64,000 nt of DNA from contig CAWBKB010000001.1 of the NCBI GenBank assembly GCA_963789265.1, positions 1,376,001-1,440,000 on the forward strand. The letters are read 5' to 3'. Below, in pieces: positions 53,520 to 64,000 of this stretch. Both the position numbers and the translations under genes were made by a program. Under the pieces are notes generated by a model. That model was given only the letters and a program-made list of their open reading frames with translations. It did not search any database and had not been told where the DNA came from. The DNA comes from an uncultured delta proteobacterium. GTDB taxonomy: Bacteria > Desulfobacterota > Desulfomonilia > Desulfomonilales > Desulfomonilaceae. Within the stretch, counting starts at the first letter, position 1; every line of letters starts with the position of its first letter.

Positions 53520-56500
53520 TCAGCCGACTTGAGTGCTTTCCTCATTGAGAACTTGTGGCGGCTCTCTCTCACCGATCTCTCGGATAATTTGCAATATGTT
53601 TCCTAAATTGACGGGCTTCTCGACAACGACATCTACACCGCTTCCGCTTATTTTCTCTGTTTCGGTTCTCAGACCTCCCCACCCCGTGAGGAGTATGAAC
53701 GGGGTTTTGGAGAGACTCCGTTCCTCACATGTTGATTTGATGCTCTTTCCCACCTCCCATCCATTCATTTGCGGCATCCCCAGATCACAGATCACAAGGT
53801 CAATCGGATTCTCCTTGAATATATCCAGTCCCTGTTCACCCGAAGACGCAGTGACAACCACGTGACCGGATAGTGTCAGTCCTGCTTTCAGAAACGTCCA
53901 AAACGGCTTCCATATCATCTATCAGGAGGATGGTCATTCGACGGCCAGAGATGTGGGCTGGAGGGCTCGCTGGCTCAGCCGCCTGTTTCGAGAGAGGCAA
54001 GAGAATCGTAAAAGTAGTTGCTCTTCCCTCTGTGCTTTCCACGAGGATCTCTCCCCTGGAGTCTTCAATTATCTTGCGGCTGGACGCTAACCCCAAACCT
54101 GATCCGGTACTCGCTTTTGTAGTGAAGAAGGGATTGAAAATCCTATTGAGATTTTGTTCGCTTATGCCGACGCCCGTGTCTCGAATTTTCAGCACTACCC
54201 GGTCACCCTCAACATGAGTCTTTACGGCTATTGCTCCGTCTTGAAGTAATGCCTCGGTAGCATTCTTAACAAGGTTCACCACCACCTCGAATAATTCGTT
54301 CTTTTCACCCCGGACGAGACAGCCATCTTGCAGTTCCATGTCCAGAGACACTTTTCTACCTTGTCTCTCAGGAATGGTTTTCCACCAGGTCTTGCTCATT
54401 TCAACGGCTTGCCTCACGATATCGGTTAAATCAAAGACTCCCTTCTCCGGACGCCGGCTGTGGTCACGAATACCGGCAAAACTCTGGAGGCGCCGTACCG
54501 TTTCAGCCCCGAACCTGGAACTTTGCAAAACCTTTTCCAGAGAATCTTTGACGCCGTTAAAGTCACCCGTCTCCAGATCCATAAGAGCCAATTCCAGGTT
54601 GCCGATGACGATCTGGAGCAGGTTGTTAAAATTGTGGGCTACGCCTCCAGCCAGGTCGGCCGCGGCCCTGAAACGTTCGGATTGTCTCCGTTCCTCCTGA
54701 GTTTTCTTGAGGTTGGAAATGTCATGCCAAAATGTCTGATACAGGATACTTCCGTCCTTTGCCCGCTGCTGAGTAGAGCTAAGTACACAATCGATGACCG
54801 TGCCGTCCTTCTTGCGGGCTTTCCACTCATAGTCCATAACAAAGCCCGTTCTGGCCATCTCCTCCTGCCATTTCACTCTATCAGCCGGATTCGCCCAGAT
54901 CTGCTTGGCATTCGTGGCCAGGACCTCTTCCCTGGTATAATCAAGGAGTTCCGAGAAGGAGCTGTTGACGTCAACGAAGGTGCCATCGAAACCGACGATG
55001 GCTATCCCGTCTCTAGACCGCTCAAACAGATCTCGATACTTCCTCTCAGATTGTATCAGCGATTCTTGGGCCGCTCTCAGTTCAGTCATGTCGCGCCCCA
55101 CCACGACCAGCCCTTTCCTGCTTCCGTCAGGATGGAAAAGCGGCACTTTGATCACGTCGAAAACCTTGCTGGAGCCATCAGACCGAGGAATAACCTCGTC
55201 TCCTCTAGTAACTCCACCCGCTGCCCAAGCTTTCTCGTCGGACTCCTCACATGCGAGAAATGCGTCACGATAGAAGTCGCTGAATTTCGCTAATTCCGAA
55301 TCCTTCTTTCCCCGGGTACTCAACACCCACAATCTCGAACAGCTTCAAATCGGAGTCATTCGCCTCCAGCCATCTTCCCTCTCCATTCTTGAAGCATATA
55401 ATGTCCGGCACCGCGTTGATCAGGGTTCTCATCTTCTCTTCACTTTCCCGAAGAGCATCTTCTCCTGCCTTCCACGCGGTTATGTCTGTTGCGCAAACGA
55501 GAGCGACCCTTTCCCCGTACCAGGAAATTGGGCGACTCATTATATAGAGCCACTTTACACTTCCATCGCGGGTAACAATCCTGAAAGGGTACTCATAAGG
55601 CGTATCATCGCCTGCCATTCGGCTTATGTGTTTCTGCAAAACCAATTCGCGGTCCTCAGGGTGAACGAACTCCAAAAAGAGCCTGGAAGTCAATTCATCC
55701 ACTGAATGACCTATGAACTCGACAGCCCTTGAATTGACAAACTTAATGGATCCATCCTTGACCACGAATATGCCTTCATTGAGATTCTCTATGAGTGCCC
55801 GATGTCGTTCTTCACTCTCCCGTAGCGCCTCTTCGGCCTTTTTGCGTTCCGTGACATCTATGCCGAGGTGGAATTTCGCATCACGTCCATTAGTCCATTT
55901 GATAATTCTGTCTGTTGCGAGATAATCTCTGTTGTTCGTCGGGTTGTGATATTCCCACCTATACGGCTCGCCTTGCAGACTTTTGACAATCGCCTCAGTA
56001 CCAATGGGTGCATGGTCCGTCCAGAACCGTGGAGTTCCTTGAAGCATAGGGTTCCTATCAATTCTTTTCCATATTGATCTTTCACAAATTTGTTTGTGTA
56101 TAGTATTTCATAGGTCTCAGCGTCTACAACGGAAATCACCTCGTTAATGCTGTCGAAGATCGAGAGAAGCTGTTGTCTTTCAATCCTGAGAGATTCCTCC
56201 GCCCTCTTGCGCTCGTCTATCTCCAGAAGGAGCTTTTCATTGACTCTTATTAGTTCAGCCGTTCGCTCCTGCACCTTTAGTTCAAGTTCATCATTGGCTT
56301 TCCTCAGAGTCTCTTCGGCCCGCTTGCGGTCGGTGATGTCAAGACTGGTGCCTATCAACCGCACTGGACTCCCCGTGGCATCGCGTTCGACTATCTTGGC
56401 GCGAGCCAGCACCCATATATATTCACCAGACTTGCAGCGTAGCCGGTGTTCGCACTCGTAAAAGGGAGTCTCCCCTTTAGCATGGTCGTTAAACGCCTCC

Positions 56501-56871
56501 ACAACCCGCTCCACGTCGTCGGGATGAACCATGCTACCCCAGGAACTTATATGTGGTTTAAGCTCGTCGACTGAGTATCCAACCATGTCGGCGCGTCGTT
56601 GGCTGATGAAGGCTTCTCCTGTCTGCAGATTGTAGTCCAATAAGCCCAAATCGGCTCCTCTGAGTGCGAGCTGCAATCTCTCTTCGCTGTCCGCTAGCGC
56701 GGCCTCTGCCGTTTTTCGGCCGCTGATATCGGTAGTCATACTAAGAGCGGGGGTTGCCCGGTGTTGCCCTTTGAGCATGACCAGCGAGCCCTCCAATTCG
56801 GCAATTCTTTCCCTCATTGCCACCAATTCATTGATAAGTTCCTCTTTTGACTTGTCCTGATCGGTCATCAA
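53520..56871 (-). CDS. Multi-PAS hybrid histidine kinase with receiver (frameshifts near 56020, 55310, 53900)
   Basis: Several PAS/PAC (VHPDD, DITDRK), AHNFNNLL, NA.EA, GSGLGL, DLGMP over four overlapping ORFs. Confidence 0.85.
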
Positions 56872-57997
56872 AAGGCTCCTATGCGGGGCTCATAAAGGGC
56901 GACATTTAACTTCTTACAGGATACCATATAAAGCGTGGGGGCAAAATCCCCACCCGACGAACAACAAGACTATACGGAAATAATGTTGGCGCGATAACGG
57001 TGCAGAATTTCACTTACAATCATCACACGACGGACATTACGGTTGGATTGTGAGAGTCTGCAATGCCTCTCCACTGTATCCACGACTCCGGCTGGGGGAA
57101 TTTTTTGCAGAACTGCCTCATTACCCGCGGTATATTGCAAAGAGTCCATAAGTCCCTGGTGAGACCTCCCCCGGAGTCTCCGCCTCCCATTAGTACTCTT
57201 ACTCCTCCGAGCATTTCCGGCAAACAACCTTCAAATCGACAGACTGCGGTACGCACCGCAGGAGAATCACCGCAATGCTTGAGACTCCGTAACGGATCGA
57301 CAAGATTGGGCAGCGGGGTTTGGAATATCCCCCTCAGTCCGGGGCTGTGTGTAAATTCCCATAACGCCCCCATCGGAATTCATTCAGCCCTGGATCACTT
57401 GACCAAAAAAAACGCCGAGGACACTTTTTCGATCCTCGGCGATTCCTTAGGAAAAGGGTATGTGAGGAAAAAAAGCGGTCGAGGCGGCATGCAACCAACC
57501 TAACAATTCTTGTTTAGACGATACTGTATCAATTCGGCCATACCTATCTGATGTAGGACCTCGGAGCATAACTTGCAAGATAGAAATTCTGGTCCTGCTC
57601 AGCCCTTCAACTTCAATTGTGCCGCCTCATATAACTCTAACCCTTCCATCGATTGCCAAATTAGATTACAACATCTGTGCCAAATCTAAACAACAAGAGG
57701 TTTCGGCATGTTAATGATTAAGGGAAATGATGAGAAGTCCAGGATGCGTAATTACTACCCAGAGTAATCCCGAAGCAGGGCGCGAAATACACACCGGAGC
57801 CGTGCTCAGTGTGAGGTGTACCCGGAACTGCAAAGGAAACAATGTTACTGCAAGGACTCCTATGTGATACACTGAGTCGGGATCGTCAAGGGGGCGAGAC
57901 CCGGAAATGAACTTAACGGATGACGGTACTCCAGCGCTCCACAGAAGCCATTGGCCCAATTCGTGCCGCCAGCGCACAAAAGAAGGGAGGATGCTAA

Positions 57998-58417
57998 ATG
58001 TCCAAGCAATTGATGGAGTATTTTAACAAACAGCCGCGGTTGGGGATCTTGAGCACGGCCGATAAGAATGGGAAGGTCGATTCAGGCTATTTCGGGTCAC
58101 CCCGGATGATGGATGAAAAGACCATATTCATGGGACTAGGCAAGAATCGGACACTTGCCAATCTTCAAGAAAACCCTCATGCGTGCTTCTTGATCATGGA
58201 GCCTGGCAGCAAGCTCCCTGAATGGAAAGGGGTCAGGGTATACCTGAAGATGACCGACTGCCAGACTTCGGGTGAAAAACTGGACACCGTAAGAAGTCAT
58301 ATCGCCGAGGCAGCCGGAGAGAACGCGGCCAAAATGATTCACGCGGCAATATCCTTTGAGATTGAAGAAATCAGACCGCTGGCGGATTTTGGTCAAGGCT
58401 GGGAAAAATCTATATGA
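57998..58417 (+). CDS. Pyridoxamine 5'-phosphate oxidase family FMN-binding protein
   Basis: LSTAD..G, RTLANLQENP.A, G.R.YL; GGAGG RBS. Confidence 0.85.
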   Translation: MSKQLMEYFNKQPRLGILSTADKNGKVDSGYFGSPRMMDEKTIFMGLGKNRTLANLQENPHACFLIMEPGSKLPEWKGVRVYLKMTDCQTSGEKLDTVRSHIAEAAGENAAKMIHAAISFEIEEIRPLADFGQGWEKSI

Positions 58418-58614
58418 TGTTTTGCCTTCAGGTAGAGAGTGGTTAACCAAAGCGATTCGTATTTTCTCATCTGTGGACATCTGCGCAATCTGTGGATTAG
58501 AAGAAATCCGCCGATTTCACAGATGGCCGCAGATTGAGTAGACGAGCAAGCGCATACTATCATAAGGGCTGCGACGCAGGCATTAGACCCATCTTCTACA
58601 GTTCTCATAATCCT

Positions 58615-58738
58615 GGGGACAGGTCTTGTATTTTGCGGCAGAAGATCGCAGCATATATGGACTCCATTACTCCGCCGTGAGCAGGATTGTGCAGAACGAG
58701 AGGGAAAAGGCAAAATACAAAATACAAGACCTGAGCCC
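58615..58738 (+). pseudogene. Internally deleted RAYT/REPtron remnant
   Basis: IR GGGACAGGTCTTGTATTTTG / CAAAATACAAGACCTGAGCCC enclosing HTH fragment GLHYSAVSRIV..QDLSP. Confidence 0.6.
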
Positions 58739-60941
58739 TTTTGTGACCCCGGTGGGACTGCTTCATCGCCCCCTGCTCACAATCCCGGAAAATCTCACCA
58801 CCTGCTCTTCATCCTTGCCTTGGAGGCTTTCCACGCAACTAGAGGGCAGAGATTCTTTTCACGCGACCGTAATTCTTGACTCCACTGACCCTACAGAAAC
58901 TGTATGTCATCCATTTCCTTTCTTACCGACTCTAATCGCAGTTGTGTCCCTTCAAGCAATTTAAAGGACGGCTCAATGGCGCGTTCCTTTATCGGCTGAG
59001 CAACTTCCTGAAGTGCGCGGAGATTGTGCTCGATATCACGAAAGAACGCGGACGACCGGTGCGTCATCTCATCAACGAGTTTCAGGTATTCCCGTTTGAC
59101 CTTGACGTAACCTACCGCAGCTACCTTTAATACCGAAAGAAGTTTTCCACCCTCGTCTTCCCAAATTTCATAGGGCTTATCAACTAGGCTCGCTACCCAT
59201 AACTCATAAAGGAGTTGGGAGGCTTCGTCATCGCTGAGTGACCGTCCTTCGTAATCGGTCAGTTCGCTTTCAATGATCGATTTGTACGTAGATCGCATCT
59301 TTTGCAGGTGCTGTTTCTTTGTCTCAATAACAGTCTTGGGATACTTGTCCCATAATTTCGCAATAACATAGCCTGGGCACCAGCCGATGAAATTGGCTAG
59401 CAAGCTTAGAGTTACGTTCCAGAATGCCGTATTTGGTACGACCTTTTGGTTGAAATGGGAATACCCCAAGTAACAAAGCATCGCGCATAATCCAGTCAAA
59501 ACTATAATCAGAGCAAATCGTTTAGTTCGTGCTTTTTTTAGGGTTTTCAGCCGTCCCTCATAGGCCAAGACTGAGCTTTTCAACTCAGGCTCCGCTTTCT
59601 CATGGATCTTTCCAATGACTTCGTTTACATTGTAGTCTACTCGCTTCATCAAGGTGGACTGAAGAGCTTTCTTGTCTCTTTCAAGAATTCGCACCGGAAA
59701 TTCCTCGGGTACTCTAGGGTGGCCGCTGCTGCGCCCCTGCAATGTATCCAACATTCGCTCGCACTCGCCATGAAGTTCTCTAATCCTTCCGCTGTAGGTG
59801 TCCGTAAACTCGTTTGCGCCGGGAAAAAGTGTCTGCACGGCGGAATTCTTAATCTGTTCTTTCTCTTCCTCTTGAAATTCATCCACCTCAAGATCATCCA
59901 GTTCCTTACCAATACCGAGCTTCGAGATGCGATCTTTGACCCGCCGCGAAAAAACACCGCTTCTATAAACTGATATCTTTTCGAAATAGGTGTCAAAATC
60001 GGATGCCAGCTCTTTACTGGCATTCTCGACAATTTTGTTCAATTCTTTCAGTGGCATCCCCTGTCTGAGACGGCCTTCCAGAATTCTTGAAAGCTCCACC
60101 ATCCCCTTTTCCATGGACAGGAGCCTTGCATTTGCGGCGTCAAGATGTCTTGAAGCCTTGAGGATAAGCGCCGGGGCGGGATTTATGTCAACATCCTCCG
60201 CAGACTTGGCGCTTTTTAGAAGCGTGGTCTCAACGCTGAGCTTTTCTAACTTGTCAGCTGTCGCAGAATCAATCCGTGCCTTCATGTGCTGGGCGTAGTC
60301 AGCCAAACGAAGCAGCGCTATTTTCTTACATCGCTCGAGCAAAGTTAATGTGGATTCGGCAGCTGCGTTCTTGATGCCTGACCTCAATGCATCAACTTCT
60401 TCCCCAGCCATTGCCATCTCACGAACGCTGGAAGGTAGCCTGTAAGTGTCTATTAGTTCAGCTCTGGTCGCGTTCCACAATTTTGTTATTGACTGCAAAT
60501 GCTTTCCCCACCTGTCCGTCAATTTGTTGTTAGTGACGTTGATATTGTCCTGATATCGGGTGATGTTTTCCTTTGAAGTTACAACGACCTCTCCAATCAT
60601 TGTGATCTTTTGATCGAGGAATCTGCTAAACGTGTCCTTAATAGCCCGTGCGCTCGCCTTGAAGTACATTACTTTGTGAGCGTGTATCTGGAGCCTACTG
60701 TCCAACTTTGTCTGATCCGACATGTTCAATAACAAGTCTCGTAATTCTTCGATGTTAAACCCTGTCTTGTTATCAATGAGAACAAAATCTTCGGTCTTAA
60801 AAGATGATCCTGTTAAGATGCTGTTTATCCTAGTTATTAGGTCTGTCAAGAATTGCCCGGCCATATCTTTGTCAAAATTCTCTTTGCTCAGCTTGGCATT
60901 GTCATTCTTTCTGAATTCATCTGCCCGAGTAATAATGAATT

Positions 60942-62551
60942 GGGTGCCGCTACTTTCTGTCAGGAGTTATGCGGCACACGGTAGTTCTTGATCCCGGATC
61001 TCGGGAGAGTTTGTATCTTCGATGCCGTAGAGGCGTCGCCTCTCCGATCTTCGTCTATAATTCCAAAAGAGATCCCAGTCGTTGTTGATGTGAACGGCCC
61101 TCAGGTGGATCATGCTTTCCGCTCCATGGATCGTCCAACTCATCCCCGTGAGTTCCAATCTGTCGTTGATGAGGTTGCGACATGCTCCTTCAATGACCCC
61201 GCTGCCGATGGGATAGCCTTTTGCCAAGCAGATTTCGTACCGCATGTGCTTGCGGTTTCGTTGGAGATACCCGATGACTTGTTCGATGCAATGTTTCTTG
61301 GCGCCGGAGAGTTCCTGCTTGGTTAGCATCTGCTTGAGCCCGCCGATAAGCCTGCCGGCCCTGCCGCCCAGGAGCATTCTCAATCTCTCCGTCACGAATT
61401 CTCTGGCTTGCGGGCTGCCCTCGTCATAAAAGCAAAGAGCGGCTTTCCCCAAGTGTTCCAGGACGTGAAAGATGTCCAGCACGAAAAAGGCTGCAGGAAA
61501 ATATGCGCATACCAGTGCCCAGAGAGAACGCTCTCCGTCCAGGATACAGACCAGCTCGTTACCTTTCGGCAATCGCTGTTCGACAGCCTTCTTCAGGCGG
61601 GCCACCGTCTTTTCCGAACCATCGGTGAGGCTGCCCCACGTAAGCTTGTCCTGGGGTTTGGGCCTGGAATCGAAACTACCCTCGTCCGATACCTCACGGA
61701 CAATGTCGTCCTCCGTGCGGACGTAACGTGGAGTGACGTAGGTGGAGATCACGGTTGCCATCTTCTTCTTTCCGGGCTTGTCGGGATCAACGGAGACCCT
61801 CTCGGGACCGGCCCCGCCTTCCTGGGGCTTACGAATAACCACCCCCTTCTTGTCTACGGTAGCGACCGTTACCACAGCATCCGGACAAAGATCCGGCGGG
61901 GCCTTCTCTGCGTAGTATCGATCCACCTCGTCGCAGACGTCTCCCACAATGCTCTCCAGTGAACGAATTGGCATCCTTACGGGAAAGAAGGAACGAAAAA
62001 TCTCCTCCGCATCCTCGTAGCTCATCGAAACCGCAAGCCGGGAAGAGAACTCCTGAACCAGGTATGAATAGCCTCTCTCAGGCAAGTTGATCTCTCCATC
62101 CAAAGGAAAGACTCCCGGTGAGCCGGTTGCGTGATAGTAGGCTCTCCGGATGGATATCGTTCCAAAGATGGACCGATATGCACATCCCCTGTCACGAACA
62201 TATGGCAATCGATGGCCCTGGGGTTCGATGATCTCCTTGCCGGCATATCCGGTCCCCTTTTCAGACACAAATTCTTCAAGAGCCGCTTTCCCGACCGCCA
62301 TCACCATGGGAAGAAGCTGCCTTTCTACTTCCCCGATTTCCATTCCTTGCGCTGACTCTCGCACAAAGGCGAGAATCTCATTGACCAGCGAGATTATGTT
62401 CGGTATTCCTTGTTCCATATCCGGTCCTCCCCAGCGGATACATCGTTCGCCAAACGTCATGTACCCCATAAGAGGACCGGAAACCACTCCTTTCTCCGTG
62501 CTATCTACTCGTTTTTACTTGAGCCACTCATGACAAGAAATCGCGGCACCC
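60942..62551 (-). mobile_element. ISKra4-like insertion sequence, 1610 bp
   Basis: Imperfect 25-bp TIRs starting GGGTGCCGC; 9-bp TSD TAATGAATT at 60933-60941 and 62552-62560. Confidence 0.92.
60967..62418 (-). CDS. ISKra4/ISLre2-type DDE transposase
   Basis: DGERSLW, LDIFHVLEHL, IGSGVIEGACR, W...GA; GGAGG RBS. Confidence 0.9.
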   Translation of the reverse strand: MEQGIPNIISLVNEILAFVRESAQGMEIGEVERQLLPMVMAVGKAALEEFVSEKGTGYAGKEIIEPQGHRLPYVRDRGCAYRSIFGTISIRRAYYHATGSPGVFPLDGEINLPERGYSYLVQEFSSRLAVSMSYEDAEEIFRSFFPVRMPIRSLESIVGDVCDEVDRYYAEKAPPDLCPDAVVTVATVDKKGVVIRKPQEGGAGPERVSVDPDKPGKKKMATVISTYVTPRYVRTEDDIVREVSDEGSFDSRPKPQDKLTWGSLTDGSEKTVARLKKAVEQRLPKGNELVCILDGERSLWALVCAYFPAAFFVLDIFHVLEHLGKAALCFYDEGSPQAREFVTERLRMLLGGRAGRLIGGLKQMLTKQELSGAKKHCIEQVIGYLQRNRKHMRYEICLAKGYPIGSGVIEGACRNLINDRLELTGMSWTIHGAESMIHLRAVHINNDWDLFWNYRRRSERRRLYGIEDTNSPEIRDQELPCAA

Positions 62552-63530
62552 TAATGAATTTCATTGGTATAAAACGAAGCTGGTCGTACTTCTCTTTAAG
62601 TAGTGGCACGTCTGCTGAGTCCAGAGGGCTGGCTGCCGAAAAGAAATAGAGTATCAAATCACATATAGGTAGAAAGTCTCTTGCTATCTGCTGAACCAGT
62701 AGCGGATCTCCGGTACCCGGGGTATCTGCCAGGACGATGTTCTTCAGAAATGGACTTTCCTGAGAAGTGTCCGCCCTTATGGGAACAAGGTTTTCCCTTG
62801 TAGTAATTATAACAGAGTCTTTGTTGGCTCGATGTGTAATTAAGCTAATGTCCTTGTCTGTGGGATTCAGATCTACACGTCTTTCCGAATTGATCAATGA
62901 GTTTATGGTGCTAGACTTTCCAGCCGAAAAGTGTCCCATTAATCCAACGTACAGCAGATCCTTCCCCCTTTCTGTGTATTCATTGAGGCTGTGTCTTATC
63001 CGCAGCAACAAATCCAGATTTCTCGCCGTGTGGGCATTATTTTCCAAATCTAATGCTTTTTGCGTGAGAGGTTCGTTTAAAAGCCTTTCAAGTTCCTTCA
63101 CGCCATCTAGGATATGCTGGCATTGAATATCCACTGATTCGCTGTTCATTGACCCTCCCGCATCTGATGATTGATCCACAAGACGATTATCCTCGCTATT
63201 CAGTGCCGGCCATCCCTACTTGATTCCTTTCGTAGAACCTCCGCCTCAATAGCCCCCAGTCGCGCAATTTTGAAATCTCATACTGAATTATAAGGCAATT
63301 CTGTGCCAGTTTTGGGAGATTTTCGTTGGATCACTTGTGAAACCACGGCTCTTTTGCTCCTCAAAGGGTCGTAGTGGATTCCCCAGAAGATCTTGATGCC
63401 GGAAAACGGTCCCAATATAGCCGAAAAGCCTACTCTATCAGACTTTGACCGTACCTCACCCCAGCCCCCTGGTCAAAGACAATCTCGCACTTTGACTGGT
63501 GCAGAAACACGGACTCACAATGTCTATCAG

Positions 63531-63680
63531 AATTCCGGGTACCCCCTCCTCAATTCCCCTTGACGATTCCTCTTGGTCCGGGTTTCCGCCTATGCAATAC
63601 TCTGGCAAGCCCGTTTTCCAGTCGGGTTATGAAACCTTCCATTTGTTTGTCAACGATTAAGTGCGGTGTACCCGGAACTT
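63531..63680. repeat. REP-like inverted doublet
   Basis: AATTCCGGGTACCCC ... GGTGTACCCGGAACT; a half copy also at ~57811-57829. Confidence 0.55.
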
Positions 63681-63705
63681 AGCGGAACTTCCGAATTCCT
63701 CGATT

Positions 63706-64000
63706 CTATCGGACACTTTCCTTCTTGCCTTTCAGGATTGCCATGCCCAAATCCAGCACCTTTTCAAAGGGCTCTACCTTGTCCTCCCTTTGATGCATGG
63801 TGATTGCTTGACTCTGGCAGCTTGTAGCACACAATCCGCAACCCAGGCATTTGCCCCTGTCCACATCCGCTGTATCTTGCACTGTTATGGCCCCAACCGG
63901 GCAGCGGCCGACACAATCTTCGCAACCTATACAGTCCTCTTTATCTATTACGGCTTCAAACAGTGCATTCATAAACTTTTGTTTATCAAGCCCCCATTTT
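63706..64000 (-). CDS. 4Fe-4S dicluster protein, C-terminal part (runs off window)
   Basis: CIGCEDCVGRCP and CLGCGLCATSC; frame is open to the window edge. Confidence 0.85.
   Translation of the reverse strand, partial: KWGLDKQKFMNALFEAVIDKEDCIGCEDCVGRCPVGAITVQDTADVDRGKCLGCGLCATSCQSQAITMHQREDKVEPFEKVLDLGMAILKGKKESVR

Larger units (their letters stand above)
58891..63149 (-). pseudogene. Dynamin-like GTPase (879 aa reconstructed) interrupted by an IS
   Basis: G1 GHFSAGKSS, G3 DTPG; removing the IS and one TSD restores the frame ..MKFIITRADEF.. (G4); helical stalk and two C-terminal TMs. Confidence 0.85.

Noticed and set aside
52800..53520. Short overlapping ORFs on both strands
   Set aside because: No recognisable motifs or clear RBS; coding status cannot be supported
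57668..57682. sigma54-like TGGCACAGATGTTGT on the minus strand
   Set aside because: GT instead of GC at -12, and about 800 bp from the next gene
56900..57990. 1-kb intergenic stretch with small ORFs
   Set aside because: No recognisable protein, RNA or repeat-array structure
63295..63308. sigma54-like TGGCACAGAATTGC upstream of the dynamin-like gene
   Set aside because: GG-GC spacing is 9 rather than the required 10 nt; it could be an indel error but is unsupported as it stands

Overview
Accessory-rich 64 kb region of an anaerobic deltaproteobacterium. A Desulfomonile/Syntrophobacter-like origin is inferred from gene content only. Left part: SAM hydrolase, GT4, lexA with a likely leaderless promoter and an unusual operator palindrome, MFS/LysR, a Spy/CpxP-like protein, and tandem RND permeases plus an MFP. 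Centre (16.9-37.3 kb): a co-oriented energy-metabolism island. It holds a sigma54 activator with UAS and -24/-12 promoter, and a hybrid Tmc/Hmc redox complex (TmcD-C-B, 16-heme HmcA, unannotated HmcD, HmcB, HmcC) bracketed by two paralogous receiver/kinase pairs. A Tat-type IorAB molybdoenzyme with di- and hepta-heme cytochromes follows. Next is an IS110/IS1111-type element in a REP-like hairpin, flanked by an anomalous 62-bp direct repeat, with a three-unit structured 3' non-coding region (candidate bridge/seek RNA). Right part: GH3, cupin, secreted ankyrin protein, MNT-HEPN modules, EPS genes, flavoproteins, PadR, a hybrid kinase, and a dynamin-like GTPase split by an ISKra4-like IS. Intergenic DNA is full of nested REP/MITE elements. 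Many genes carry single-base frameshifts, probably long-read assembly errors. No rRNA, tRNA or CRISPR array was seen.
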